Positions 8,644-18,702 of a DNA stretch of 64,000 bases are shown here, piece by piece. Position 1 is the first letter of the stretch, and every line of letters begins with the position of its first letter. Both the position numbers and the translations under genes were made by a program. The DNA is from an uncultured bacterium (GTDB lineage Bacteria; CAYUVA01): contig CAYUVA010000005.1 of NCBI GenBank assembly GCA_964448115.1, positions 1-64,000 of the forward strand, in the 5' to 3' direction. The notes under the pieces were generated by a model. That model saw only the letters and a list, made by a program, of their open reading frames with translations, did not search any database and was not told where the DNA came from.

Positions 8644-9840
8644 ATGAGCAAAATAGCTACCAGGACAGATAAGGGTGAACGGATAGTTACCGTCGGCGCC
8701 CATGCCATAAGCTACGGAGCCAAGCTTGCCAGAGCCAAGGTTATCGCCGCCTACCCGATCACGCCCCAGACCAAGATCGTTGAGATCCTCTCCGAGTGGT
8801 GCGGAAGCGGCGAGATGGAGGCAAACTTTATCAAAGTCGAATCCGAACACTCGGCGATGGCTTGCATAATAGGCGCATCCGCCGCTGGCGCTCGTGCCTT
8901 CACCGCCACCAGCTCCCAGGGGCTGGCTCTGATGCACGAGATGCTGCATTGGGCTACTGCGGGGAGGCACCCAGTGGTCATGGCTAATGTGAACCGCAGC
9001 ATGGGACCGCCCTGGAATATATGGGCTGACCATACAGATAGCATCTCGCAGCGCGACACCGGCTGGATGCAGTACTATGTGGAGAGCTGCCAGGAGGCAA
9101 TGGATACGATAATTCAGGCTTTCCGCGTCTCCGAGGAGGTGCTTTTGCCCTCCATGATAAACCTGGATGCCTTTTATCTTTCGCATACCTCGGAGTCGGT
9201 GGAGATACCATACCAGGAGCTGGTCGATGAGTACCTACCACCACTGGAGATCCCGATAAAGATGGATATAAAGGATCCACGAGCCTTCGGTGCCCTGGCT
9301 CGCCCGGACAAGTACTCGCAACTGCGCTATAATATACAATTGGCAATGGATGTCGCCTTGAACGAGTCGATGCCAGGCGCATTCGATGATTTCGAGCGCA
9401 TCATCGGGCGCAGGTACGATCTGATCGAAGATTACAAGACCGATGATGCCGAGCTGATCCTGGTCGCTGCCGGCACTATGGTCAGCACTGCCAGGGTCGC
9501 CATTGACCAGCTTCAAAGCGAGGGGTACAAGGTCGGCTTAGTAAAGCTGAGGGTCTTTCGACCCTTCCCGGCAGAACGGTTACGACAGTCACTCGGCAAG
9601 GCGCCTAAGGTGGTTGTCATGGACCGAAACTTCAGCTTCGGTTCCGGCGGCGCCATGCACCAGGAGATAAAGGGTGCCTTGTATGAGCTGCCCAAGAAGA
9701 AACAACCCATCATCTTTGGCTATATAGTAGGTATCGGTGGTTTGGATGTAAAGCCGGAGATTATCAAGCACTGCGCATACAAGGCGCTGGAGGATGATAA
9801 GCCGGACAAGGAAAGCACCTGGATAGGAGTGAAGGAATGA
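8644..9840 (+). CDS. porA: Pyruvate/2-oxoacid:acceptor oxidoreductase alpha subunit
   Basis: AYPITPQT, ESEHSA and TATSSQGL motifs. Confidence 0.95.
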   Translation: MSKIATRTDKGERIVTVGAHAISYGAKLARAKVIAAYPITPQTKIVEILSEWCGSGEMEANFIKVESEHSAMACIIGASAAGARAFTATSSQGLALMHEMLHWATAGRHPVVMANVNRSMGPPWNIWADHTDSISQRDTGWMQYYVESCQEAMDTIIQAFRVSEEVLLPSMINLDAFYLSHTSESVEIPYQELVDEYLPPLEIPIKMDIKDPRAFGALARPDKYSQLRYNIQLAMDVALNESMPGAFDDFERIIGRRYDLIEDYKTDDAELILVAAGTMVSTARVAIDQLQSEGYKVGLVKLRVFRPFPAERLRQSLGKAPKVVVMDRNFSFGSGGAMHQEIKGALYELPKKKQPIIFGYIVGIGGLDVKPEIIKHCAYKALEDDKPDKESTWIGVKE

Positions 9841-10727
9841 GCAGCCTGGAGACTATAAAATACCAAGAGGAGATGCTTCGCAGCGGGCACCTGGCTTGCC
9901 CCGGCTGCGGTGGAAGCCTGGCTATGAGATATGTCCTTAAAACCTTGGGTAAAAAGACGATGCTAGTGGTTCCTGCCTGTTGCTGGTCGATCATAGCCGG
10001 TCCCTACCCGCTTTCATCGGTCAAGGTTCCCCTTTACCATACAGCCTTCGAGACCGCTGCTGTGGTAGCCTCGGGCATCAAGGCTGGTCTGGTCGCCCAG
10101 GGGGATACTGAGACCACTGTGGTCGCCTGGGCGGGGGATGGAGGCACCTTTGACATCGGCATCCAGGCTTTAAGCGGGGCGGCGGAGCGAAACGATGACA
10201 TCATCTATATTTGCTACGACAACGAGGCTTATATGAACACCGGCATCCAGCGCAGCTCAGCAACGCCCAAGGGCGCCTGGACGACCACGACCCCAGAGAC
10301 GGCTCCGGAGCCTAACGAAAAAAAGGATCTCGACCGCATAATCGCCGCCCATCTGGTGCCATACCAGGCGACCCTGAACATGGCGTTTCTGGATGACTTC
10401 GTAGCCAAGGTGGAAAAGGCGAAACAGACTAGCGGTTTTAGATTCCTGCACATCTTTTCCCCATGCCCGCCGGGATGGAAGATGGCTGATGACATGACCA
10501 TCGAGATCTCTCGCCTGGCGGTGCACAGCAAGCTATTTCCACTTTACGAGATGAGAAATGGAGCTAACCTGAGCATAACTGTTGAGCCTAAAGGGATCCC
10601 AGTCAAGGAATATCTGAGACATCAGGGGAGATTCAGCCATCTCAAGGATGAGGATATCGAGACCATCCAAACTACGGTAGATCGCCGCTGGGATGAACTC
10701 AGGAAGACGGCCGAGGATTGCGCCTGA
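9837..10727 (+). CDS. porB: Pyruvate/2-oxoacid:acceptor oxidoreductase beta (TPP-binding) subunit
   Basis: CPGCG, GDGGTFDIG, DNEAYMNTG and SPCPPGW motifs. Confidence 0.95.
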   Translation: MSSLETIKYQEEMLRSGHLACPGCGGSLAMRYVLKTLGKKTMLVVPACCWSIIAGPYPLSSVKVPLYHTAFETAAVVASGIKAGLVAQGDTETTVVAWAGDGGTFDIGIQALSGAAERNDDIIYICYDNEAYMNTGIQRSSATPKGAWTTTTPETAPEPNEKKDLDRIIAAHLVPYQATLNMAFLDDFVAKVEKAKQTSGFRFLHIFSPCPPGWKMADDMTIEISRLAVHSKLFPLYEMRNGANLSITVEPKGIPVKEYLRHQGRFSHLKDEDIETIQTTVDRRWDELRKTAEDCA

Positions 10728-10766
10728 TTCGGCTACCAAGCAAAGATTAACCAAGGAAGGAATAAT

Positions 10767-11711
10767 ATGATGGAAAAGCTGGAGATACTTCTTATCGATG
10801 CTGGCGAATACGAGGATTCAAAGAAGATAGCAGAGCTATTCAAGCTCCCCATCGAACCACCGGGGATCGGCGTGCACCGGAGAATAGAACTCAATGATGA
10901 ATCTACCATCTATTGGTTATCCCCTTCATCCACGGAAACCTGTGCTGACAGCCTGGATAAGGAGCTAATAGGCGATCTGAAGGGGAAATGTCAGCTTGCC
11001 ATATTCATTCTCAAAGACTGCCAAGCCTTTGAAACCTTCCATGATGAAGCCAAGGAATACCTTTCCCCCAAAGCAGTTATCCTGGCTGGATGTCCACCAG
11101 CAGAATCGGAGGTGTTCTCCGAGCTACCGGACAAGGTGCGCTTCTTCACCAGCAGCAACCTAAACGAGGAGTTGCTCGAGGAACTATCTGACTATATCCA
11201 TGGCAACCTGCCAAACGAGGAGCTGCAACTCAGGTGGTTCAGGGTGGCAGCCTACCCGGATCAGACGCTATACAGGTTGCGGGAGATCGATATCCAGGAT
11301 ATTATTAGGGAGTACTCCGGCACGGCAGCCTTTATCGGCTTGACTCCCATCCCCATGGCAGATATGCCTCTATTGACCACCCTGCAGGGGATAATGATAA
11401 CCCGCATAGGTAGATTGTATGGGTATGCTTTAACCCCTGAGAGGGCAAGGGAGCTTTTGCCCATTATTGGGCTTGGTTTTGTTGCCAGGGAGGCGGCTCG
11501 ACAGGGGATCAAGCTGTTGCCGGTGGTTGGCTGGATAATAAGCGGCTCAGTGGCTTATGCGGTTACAATGGGTTTAGGATATGCGATGAAGGCATATTTC
11601 GACTCTAACCTTGCAAAAACCACGGTAAACCTGAAAGCCATCTATGAAAAATACTTCCAGCAGGGCAAAAAGGAATACAAGCAGCGAAAAAAGGAGCTTA
11701 AGGGGAAATAG
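10767..11711 (+). CDS. DUF697/YcjF-like membrane-associated protein
   Basis: C-terminal PIPMADMPLLTTLQGIMITRIGRLYG...KLLPVVGWIISGSVAYAVT. Confidence 0.75.
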   Translation: MMEKLEILLIDAGEYEDSKKIAELFKLPIEPPGIGVHRRIELNDESTIYWLSPSSTETCADSLDKELIGDLKGKCQLAIFILKDCQAFETFHDEAKEYLSPKAVILAGCPPAESEVFSELPDKVRFFTSSNLNEELLEELSDYIHGNLPNEELQLRWFRVAAYPDQTLYRLREIDIQDIIREYSGTAAFIGLTPIPMADMPLLTTLQGIMITRIGRLYGYALTPERARELLPIIGLGFVAREAARQGIKLLPVVGWIISGSVAYAVTMGLGYAMKAYFDSNLAKTTVNLKAIYEKYFQQGKKEYKQRKKELKGK

Positions 11712-14259
11712 ACTCCTTTCTAACCCAGCCTTAGTCCTGACAGCCATTTTCATCATCCTTGTCGCCGTTGTATTCGTCTTTTATCTCACTAAGCCTTACT
11801 TTAGGCGATCCGCTGTCTTCTCCAGTGATGAGATCAAGGTGATGATCATAGGCTTGGATGCTGCTGACTGGACGCTGATCGACCCATTGATCCAGCAGGG
11901 TGAACTGAGTAGCTTTGATCGGCTGAAGAAACAGGGCGCCTGGGGGAAGTTACACTCCATACAGCCCTATCTCTCGCCGATGATTTGGACATCGATCGCA
12001 ACCGGCAAGGAGGCGAGCGAGCATGGCATAGTCGATTTTCTAACCACCGATCCTATAAGTGGTCAGAGGACGCCGACAACCTCCAACCTCCGCCAGGTAA
12101 AGGCGCTTTGGAATATAGCTACCGACTACGGCATCTCGGTCGGCTTTGTGGGATGGCTCGCTACCTGGCCAGCCGAGCCGATCAACGGCTTCATGGTCTC
12201 GGATCGGATGGTGATCCATACCTACGATCCCAGAAGGACAGTCAACCAAGGCGAGGATGATTCGAGCAGCTTCCGCAAGACCTTCCCGGAGCAGCTCTAC
12301 CACGAGTTGGAGCCTCTACTAACCGCCCCGGATGATATTGGATATAAGGAGCTTCGGCGCTTTATGGACATCGACAAAGATTATCTTCAGAGCCGCCATG
12401 TGCAGCCCTACTCGTTCGGGGATCGCCTGGGCAACTTCAAGATCACCCTCGCATCGGATCTATCATATAAGGATATAAGCCTTTATCTATACAAGAAGCA
12501 TAAGCCGCGGCTATTCGGGGTATATCTAGCCGGGATCGACAATGCCGGGCACCTGTTTATGAACTACGCCTCACCGAAGATGGAGGGAGTCTCCGATGCA
12601 GATTACGCTCGCTTCAAGGATGTGATCAGCGAGTACTACAAGGTCAGCGACCGCTTCCTGGGCGAGCTGCTCGATCTCATGGACAAGCGCACCGTCTGCA
12701 TCGTCCTTTCGGATCACGGTTTCAAGAGCGGCTCTGCCCGCCCCTCTGCCGATGCGCGCATCCACACCGGCGCTGCGGTCGATTGGCACGACAAGTACGG
12801 CATAATCAGCATCCTCGGCTATGGAGTTAAGCAAGGCGCTACGCTCAAGGGGATCGATCCCTACGATATAACGCCGACTGTTTTAGCTTTACTGGGGCTT
12901 CCCATCGCTGGAGATATGAAGGGGAGGTTCATCGAGGAGGCATTCAAGACGAGTCTGCTAAATAGCTTGAAGATACAAAAGATAGCAAGTTATGAGAGCG
13001 GGGGTATCGCACAGGGCAGCGCGCCGCTTAGGTCCAAGGATGATGATGTCATAATGGAGCGCCTGGCTAGTCTCGGCTATGTGGAGACCAAGCCAAAGAA
13101 ATCCCCCTCATCGCATAACAACCTGGGTGGGGTCTATGCACAAAAGGGTGAGTATTCCAAGGCGCTCGCCGAGTTTGGAAAGGCGCTGCAGATCGATCCC
13201 GACTTCATCCCCGCCAAGGTCAACATGGCAAATGTCTATCTGATGATGGGCAAGGCGAACGAAGCGCTAGCCATCCTGGATGAGGTGCTGCCTCAGGTAC
13301 CACCCAATAAAAGGACTACCGGACTTATGATGGCTGCCCGGGCTTATGCTCAACTGAAAGAAGCTGATAAAGCCAAGGATTACCTCGAACAGGCGCTTGA
13401 GCTTTCTCCGAATAGCGCGGAGGTGCTCAACAACGCAGCTAACCTGGCAGCCATGGTCGGCGATTACAACTACGCGGTTACCATGTATCAAAGAGCCAGG
13501 GAGTTAGATCCCAGCCTCGCCTTCGAGTCATACACCAACCTGGCTGTGTTATATGCAAGCCGGGGCAATACCGCAAAAGCTATCCAATACAGGGAGAAGG
13601 CGCTGGCAATTGAGCCGAATCATCTAGAGACTTTGCTTGATCTGGCATCATTGTACAGGGAACAAGGTGACCTCAAGCGGGCGGTTTCAGCCCTACAGCG
13701 CGCCGTAAAGGTCGATGCTAGCTCGTTCGATGCCTGGATGAAGCTCGGCGTCATATACGGCTTGCAGCATCGTTACCAGGATTCCATCAACGCCTTGCTT
13801 GAGGCAAGGCGGCTTGATCCCCAATCGGCTGATGTGGAGGCGTTCATCGGGGTGGCATACCATCAACTAGGAGAAGAAGATAAGGCGCGCCAACATTTCA
13901 GCGCAGCTCTTCAACTCGATGCCCAAAACCAGATTGCCTTGAGCTATTTCAAGGGGGAATCCGAGGCTGATAAAAGGAAGAAACCACCGGGAAAGATCAG
14001 GCTCAGCCAGATAATAGTCAGCAGTATGGAACAGGCTGAGTCGATACTCGCTCAACTTGGGCAGGGCAAATCTTTCGAGCAACTAGCCAGGGAGCACTCC
14101 ATAGACACCAGCGCTCGCTTCGGCGGGGATCTAGGCTATGTTGCGCCATCGGAGCTTCTAGCACCGCTGGCAGAGGCTGCCAGTGAGCTAAAGATCAAAG
14201 AACACAGCGGTATTATCAAATCCCCCATCGGGTACCATATACTGATGCGCACAGATTAG
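11644..14259 (+). CDS. Alkaline phosphatase superfamily (phosphodiesterase-like) domain plus TPR repeats plus C-terminal parvulin PPIase
   Basis: TM anchor; IGLDAADW, SPMIWTSIATG, SDHGF, RLASLGY; several TPRs; FEQLAREHS...GGDLG...SPIGYHIL. Start uncertain (68-bp overlap with the upstream gene). Confidence 0.85.
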   Translation: MKNTSSRAKRNTSSEKRSLRGNRLLSNPALVLTAIFIILVAVVFVFYLTKPYFRRSAVFSSDEIKVMIIGLDAADWTLIDPLIQQGELSSFDRLKKQGAWGKLHSIQPYLSPMIWTSIATGKEASEHGIVDFLTTDPISGQRTPTTSNLRQVKALWNIATDYGISVGFVGWLATWPAEPINGFMVSDRMVIHTYDPRRTVNQGEDDSSSFRKTFPEQLYHELEPLLTAPDDIGYKELRRFMDIDKDYLQSRHVQPYSFGDRLGNFKITLASDLSYKDISLYLYKKHKPRLFGVYLAGIDNAGHLFMNYASPKMEGVSDADYARFKDVISEYYKVSDRFLGELLDLMDKRTVCIVLSDHGFKSGSARPSADARIHTGAAVDWHDKYGIISILGYGVKQGATLKGIDPYDITPTVLALLGLPIAGDMKGRFIEEAFKTSLLNSLKIQKIASYESGGIAQGSAPLRSKDDDVIMERLASLGYVETKPKKSPSSHNNLGGVYAQKGEYSKALAEFGKALQIDPDFIPAKVNMANVYLMMGKANEALAILDEVLPQVPPNKRTTGLMMAARAYAQLKEADKAKDYLEQALELSPNSAEVLNNAANLAAMVGDYNYAVTMYQRARELDPSLAFESYTNLAVLYASRGNTAKAIQYREKALAIEPNHLETLLDLASLYREQGDLKRAVSALQRAVKVDASSFDAWMKLGVIYGLQHRYQDSINALLEARRLDPQSADVEAFIGVAYHQLGEEDKARQHFSAALQLDAQNQIALSYFKGESEADKRKKPPGKIRLSQIIVSSMEQAESILAQLGQGKSFEQLAREHSIDTSARFGGDLGYVAPSELLAPLAEAASELKIKEHSGIIKSPIGYHILMRTD

Positions 14260-14304
14260 AGATTAGATGGCGCTAGATCGCTTTTTGGTGCTCTTGGAAT
14301 TGGA

Positions 14305-15732
14305 CTATGTGCTTGAGAATATATCTTTCAGCGATTCGATCTCACGCTTCGAGAAGGCACCCAAGATGGTCAGGACAGCAAGATATATGATGAAACTAAG
14401 GCAAAGCGGAATGAGAAAATAGGTTTGATCCATCGCCTGGTAGAAAATAATCATGGCAGCGGAGGCTATTATCGGCTTTACATACATCGAGCTTCTCAAG
14501 TGAAAGCCTAGCTCGGTGCTTATCAGGAAATATCCTATGATTATAAGCACCCCCTGGGATATGATATTGCCTAGGCAGGCTCCGATGTAGCCAAAGGCGG
14601 GGATGAGCATGAGGTCGAGGATGAGTTTGGCGATAAAGCTGAAGCCGATAGCATAGCTGTCATAAACCTGTCGGTTGATGGATGCGAGCAGGAAGCGGAT
14701 ATATACCTCTGGAAACATGAGCAAGATGGTAACTCCGAGAATTCGCAGTGCCAGTATTGAGCCTTCATATCCGCTGCCGAGAACCAGGTTGATGATCTGG
14801 GGAGCATAGTAGATGATGGACACGGCAAAGGGGACTCCCAGATAAACCATATAACGCAGTCCGCGGGAGAAATACTCGGTAAACAGCTCTTTTGAGTTTT
14901 GGTAGATTCTACTGAAAGAGGGGAAGCTGGAAGTCATTATCTGCATCGGGATCAGGAGTATGCCCTGGGTGATCTCGAATGCGCCATGAAACAATCCTAC
15001 CTGTGATTTGCCCTTGATAAGCCCGATTAAAAGCTCATCGATGCGATAGTAAAAGATGCGGAACAGCTCGGATATCTCCAGCGGAAAACCCTCGATGACC
15101 AGGAACTTAATCTGCCCAGGATCAAAAGAAAAGGACATCTTGACGAACTTGGTAGATACGAACATCAAGGACAAGATGAACTGGATCGTCTTAGCTAATG
15201 CTTTTGCCAAAAAGACCCCAGCCAGTCCGAAGTCTGCCTGAAAGAAAACGAGGATGAAGACGATGATCAGCACCTTGTAGATGCTGTTGAAGATTGCCTC
15301 GTACTGCATCTTCTCAAAGGCGACGAAGGTCTCAGTAAAGGTGGCGGTCAAAGGGCAAAACAATAGCCAGATATCGGCGAATAAAATGGCTGAACGATAA
15401 GGCTCTAAAGCATGAAAGGCACGGGAGATAAGGATCACCAGGATAAATATCAAGATCCCTAATATCATTCGTATCCCCAGCACTGACCATATAATCGTAT
15501 TAGCGCGCTTTTGATCCCTTGCTATCTCGCGCTCCGATACCCTGGTCAGACCTGCGTAGGGAATAACGGTCAAAATGGTAATAAAGGCGGTGATGATCCC
15601 ATACATGCCGAAGTCGGAAAGCTCCAGGTTGCGGGCTATTATCGAGATCATCAGGATGCTCGTTAGCACCGAGAATCCCTGTGAGGTCATCAGAAAGAAG
15701 AAGTTGATCGATATTCTCCGTAAGCCCTTCAT
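14305..15732 (-). CDS. Wzx-type oligosaccharide flippase (MOP family)
   Basis: About 12-14 TM helices; IARNL...FGMYG, RIDELLIG and LIPAFGYIGA patterns. Confidence 0.88.
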   Translation of the reverse strand: MKGLRRISINFFFLMTSQGFSVLTSILMISIIARNLELSDFGMYGIITAFITILTVIPYAGLTRVSEREIARDQKRANTIIWSVLGIRMILGILIFILVILISRAFHALEPYRSAILFADIWLLFCPLTATFTETFVAFEKMQYEAIFNSIYKVLIIVFILVFFQADFGLAGVFLAKALAKTIQFILSLMFVSTKFVKMSFSFDPGQIKFLVIEGFPLEISELFRIFYYRIDELLIGLIKGKSQVGLFHGAFEITQGILLIPMQIMTSSFPSFSRIYQNSKELFTEYFSRGLRYMVYLGVPFAVSIIYYAPQIINLVLGSGYEGSILALRILGVTILLMFPEVYIRFLLASINRQVYDSYAIGFSFIAKLILDLMLIPAFGYIGACLGNIISQGVLIIIGYFLISTELGFHLRSSMYVKPIIASAAMIIFYQAMDQTYFLIPLCLSFIIYLAVLTILGAFSKREIESLKDIFSST

Positions 15733-15786
15733 CTTATATGCTAAAGGAATCTATTTAATCTGTATCTTCAAAGATAATATTAAAAA

Positions 15787-16851
15787 TTATTGCAAACTGA
15801 AGATTAACTCGATCGTTTTTTCAGCGGTCTTATCCCAGCTTAGCTCCGAGGCGCGCCCCTTACCACGCTTTCTAAGCTCATTACGCAGCGAGGAATCATT
15901 ATAGGCTTTTTCCATCTTTTCGGCGATATCCTGCACGAGAAAAGGATTGGCGAATATGGCAGCATCACCATATATTTCCCTATGTGTCGGAATGTCTGAC
16001 ACGAGGGTCGGAGCACCAGCAGCCATCGCCTCCAGCGGCGGGAAGCCGAAGCCCTCGTAAATAGACAAAAAAAGCACCATGACTGCCTGGTTATAAAGAT
16101 AAATTACCTGTTCATCTGTAAGATAGTCAGTAAAGACAATATCTTGCTGATAGCGCTTGCCGTATTCGATGATTCCCTGGTAGAGCCAGCCTTTCTGTCC
16201 CACGATCACAAGCTTTCCGTTAAACCCGCTTTTTTGCTTGAACTCTCTGAAGGCGCGCATGGTATTGACCAGGTTCTTACGAGGCTCTATGTTGCCTACA
16301 TAAAGCATGAACTCATCATCCACCGACAGGTTTCGCAGAACATCGCCCGCATCGGGCGAGGGTGGTTGGAAGAATTTCTCGTCGATGCCATTTAATATAG
16401 GGTGGATCTTATCCGCATCCGCCCAAGGCAGGTAGCGGAGTATATCCTCCTTTACGGCTTCGGACACGGTTATTATCGCATCGGCTCGCTTGACAGCCAT
16501 GCGAATCATGGCTCGCATAAAAAGAACGAACTTGGCTGGATAGGAATCAGGCACTGCCCAAACGCCCATGTCATGTATTGTCGCCAGCCTCTTTATGCCC
16601 AGGCTGAAACGAGGGATGTAAAAACCGGGGGAGAAAAACAAATCACCGCGCTTCAAGGCAGCTACCGCCGGCACATACAGATGCTCCCACAGATCAGCCA
16701 AAGGATGGCTGCTATAATGGATCGAGCTTGAAAGCAGATGATACTCGTTTTGCCTGTCGAGCCGCATCAGGCGCTCGTAGATCTGGAAGGCGTACCTCCC
16801 CACTCCCGATCTCTTAGGCTCTAGAAATCTGCCATCGAAAAGAACTATCAT
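15787..16851 (-). CDS. GT4 glycosyltransferase
   Basis: VGNIEPRKN and YEGFGFPPLEAM motifs. Confidence 0.92.
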   Translation of the reverse strand: MIVLFDGRFLEPKRSGVGRYAFQIYERLMRLDRQNEYHLLSSSIHYSSHPLADLWEHLYVPAVAALKRGDLFFSPGFYIPRFSLGIKRLATIHDMGVWAVPDSYPAKFVLFMRAMIRMAVKRADAIITVSEAVKEDILRYLPWADADKIHPILNGIDEKFFQPPSPDAGDVLRNLSVDDEFMLYVGNIEPRKNLVNTMRAFREFKQKSGFNGKLVIVGQKGWLYQGIIEYGKRYQQDIVFTDYLTDEQVIYLYNQAVMVLFLSIYEGFGFPPLEAMAAGAPTLVSDIPTHREIYGDAAIFANPFLVQDIAEKMEKAYNDSSLRNELRKRGKGRASELSWDKTAEKTIELIFSLQ

Positions 16852-17981
16852 CGAAGCAGCTCCCTGTAGAGATCCAGTGTTTCTTTTGCAGCCTTTTCCC
16901 AGGTGAACTTTCCGGCTCTCTGCAATCCTGCCTGGCGATGAACCCCTCTAAGCTGTTCATCATCGAGCATCTTGTCGATTATATGTATCATGCTATCGAT
17001 ATCAAAAGGGTCGAAGTAGGCAGCAGCCTCACCGGCTATCTCCGGGAGGGAGCTTGTGTTGCTACAGGCGACCGGCGTGCCCGAAGCCATAGCCTCTAGC
17101 ACTGGCAGCCCAAAACCCTCATAAAGCGATGGAAGCACGAATAATACTGCATTCTTTAGCAAAACGCGATAATATTCATCACAGATATAACCGGTGATGT
17201 GTATGCGAGCAGCCAATTCGGGCGAGATCTCCTCCAGGATCCCATCAAATCCCCAGCCTGGCTTGCCGACAATGACCAATCGGTGATCACTATAGCGGAC
17301 CGGTAGCTGCCTGAAAGCCTTGATCAGTGAAGTCAGGTTCTTGCGTGGCTCCAAGGTTGCCGTGCAGAGAATATATGGATAATCACCGATTCCAAGCTCG
17401 CCTAGAACCTGCTTGATAAAAGCTTCGTCAGGTCTTTTATAAAAAAATTCCCCTACTCCCTCATAGATTACTCGAATTTGCTCTTCAGGTACCTCGAAGA
17501 ACTCGACCAGGTCAGAGGCAGTATGCCTTGACACGGCGATTAAGGCATCGACCTGTTCTATTTTTCTGGCAAGCACCTTCCTGAAGTAAGCGCCACCGTA
17601 TTTCTCGCCATAAGTTGCATCGCGCATGAAAGCCAGGTCATGGATGGTGGCAACCGTCTTTGCATGCTTGAGCGCCTGGTAGAAGAAATTCGGCGAGTGA
17701 AAGAGATCGATCCTACCGACGAGATGCTCAATTGCTGGGAAATCCCATCGTTGCCATAGCTTCAAGAGCAGTCTTCCCGGGATGCGCCAATGTCGAGCAG
17801 AGATGTTGTCAGCCGACAATAGGTTACCCTGGTAACGCTTTTTCAACGAGTAAAATAGCAGCTTGTAGTGATTATCAAGGTCGATTTTGGATAGGGATTC
17901 TATCAGGGCATTGGTATATCTACCCACGCCGGTCGGTCGGTCTAGCAGAGACGAGGCATCCAGGCAGATATCAAAGCTCAA
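16848..17981 (-). CDS. GT4 glycosyltransferase
   Basis: TLEPRKN and YEGFGLPVLEAMASG motifs. Confidence 0.92.
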   Translation of the reverse strand: MSFDICLDASSLLDRPTGVGRYTNALIESLSKIDLDNHYKLLFYSLKKRYQGNLLSADNISARHWRIPGRLLLKLWQRWDFPAIEHLVGRIDLFHSPNFFYQALKHAKTVATIHDLAFMRDATYGEKYGGAYFRKVLARKIEQVDALIAVSRHTASDLVEFFEVPEEQIRVIYEGVGEFFYKRPDEAFIKQVLGELGIGDYPYILCTATLEPRKNLTSLIKAFRQLPVRYSDHRLVIVGKPGWGFDGILEEISPELAARIHITGYICDEYYRVLLKNAVLFVLPSLYEGFGLPVLEAMASGTPVACSNTSSLPEIAGEAAAYFDPFDIDSMIHIIDKMLDDEQLRGVHRQAGLQRAGKFTWEKAAKETLDLYRELLR

Positions 17982-18688
17982 TCTCCCCTCTCCAGGTAGG
18001 CGATGAACAGGGTTATGAAGTTGGTGGTCTTCTGGCTGATATACCGCAGCTTGCTCATAAAGTAGTTGTAGGCAACCACGGCAGGTATGGCAGCGAACAG
18101 CCCCATGGCGGTCGCGACCAGGGCTGTAGATATGCCCGGCGCCACGGTTGCCAGGCTGGCTGACTTGCGAATGCCGATCTCGGCAAAGGCGTCTATGATG
18201 CCGAGCACGGTGCCTAATAATCCGATGAACGGGGTAACGCTGCCCGTGGTAGCGAGGAATATTAGCTTACGGCGCAGCTTGAGCAGCGACTCCTCCTTCT
18301 CGGCTGATATCACTCCCTGTATGAATGCTGGACTAACCTTGTCGATTGCCATCAATGGCTCATCCTTCGGATTGCCGGGGGTAAAAAGCTCCAGAAATGC
18401 AGCTCTGAAGGCTTGAGCAGCAGGAGCAGCCTTGAAGCGCCCCAGGCTCGCTGCTGTCTGCTCGCTGATACCACTTCGCCTGAAGACATCCAAGAATCGG
18501 GAATTTTGTCTCATAGCCCGTTTGATAACGATGAATTTCTCCAGGATTATAGCCCAGGAGAAGACGGAAAATAGGGTTAATGTTGCGATGACAGCCTTTG
18601 CCACCCAGTCCGACTTGATGATGTAGTCATAGACGATATTCTGCAGCGATACGGCAGGCACCATGGTATGTAAGATAAGCGTTTCCAT
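17978..18688 (-). CDS. tolQ: MotA/TolQ/ExbB proton channel protein
   Basis: LATTGSVTPFIGLLGTVLGI and VAPGISTALVATAMGLFAAIPA motifs. Confidence 0.88.
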   Translation of the reverse strand: METLILHTMVPAVSLQNIVYDYIIKSDWVAKAVIATLTLFSVFSWAIILEKFIVIKRAMRQNSRFLDVFRRSGISEQTAASLGRFKAAPAAQAFRAAFLELFTPGNPKDEPLMAIDKVSPAFIQGVISAEKEESLLKLRRKLIFLATTGSVTPFIGLLGTVLGIIDAFAEIGIRKSASLATVAPGISTALVATAMGLFAAIPAVVAYNYFMSKLRYISQKTTNFITLFIAYLERGD

Positions 18689-18702
18689 CTATAAAAATTT
18701 GG

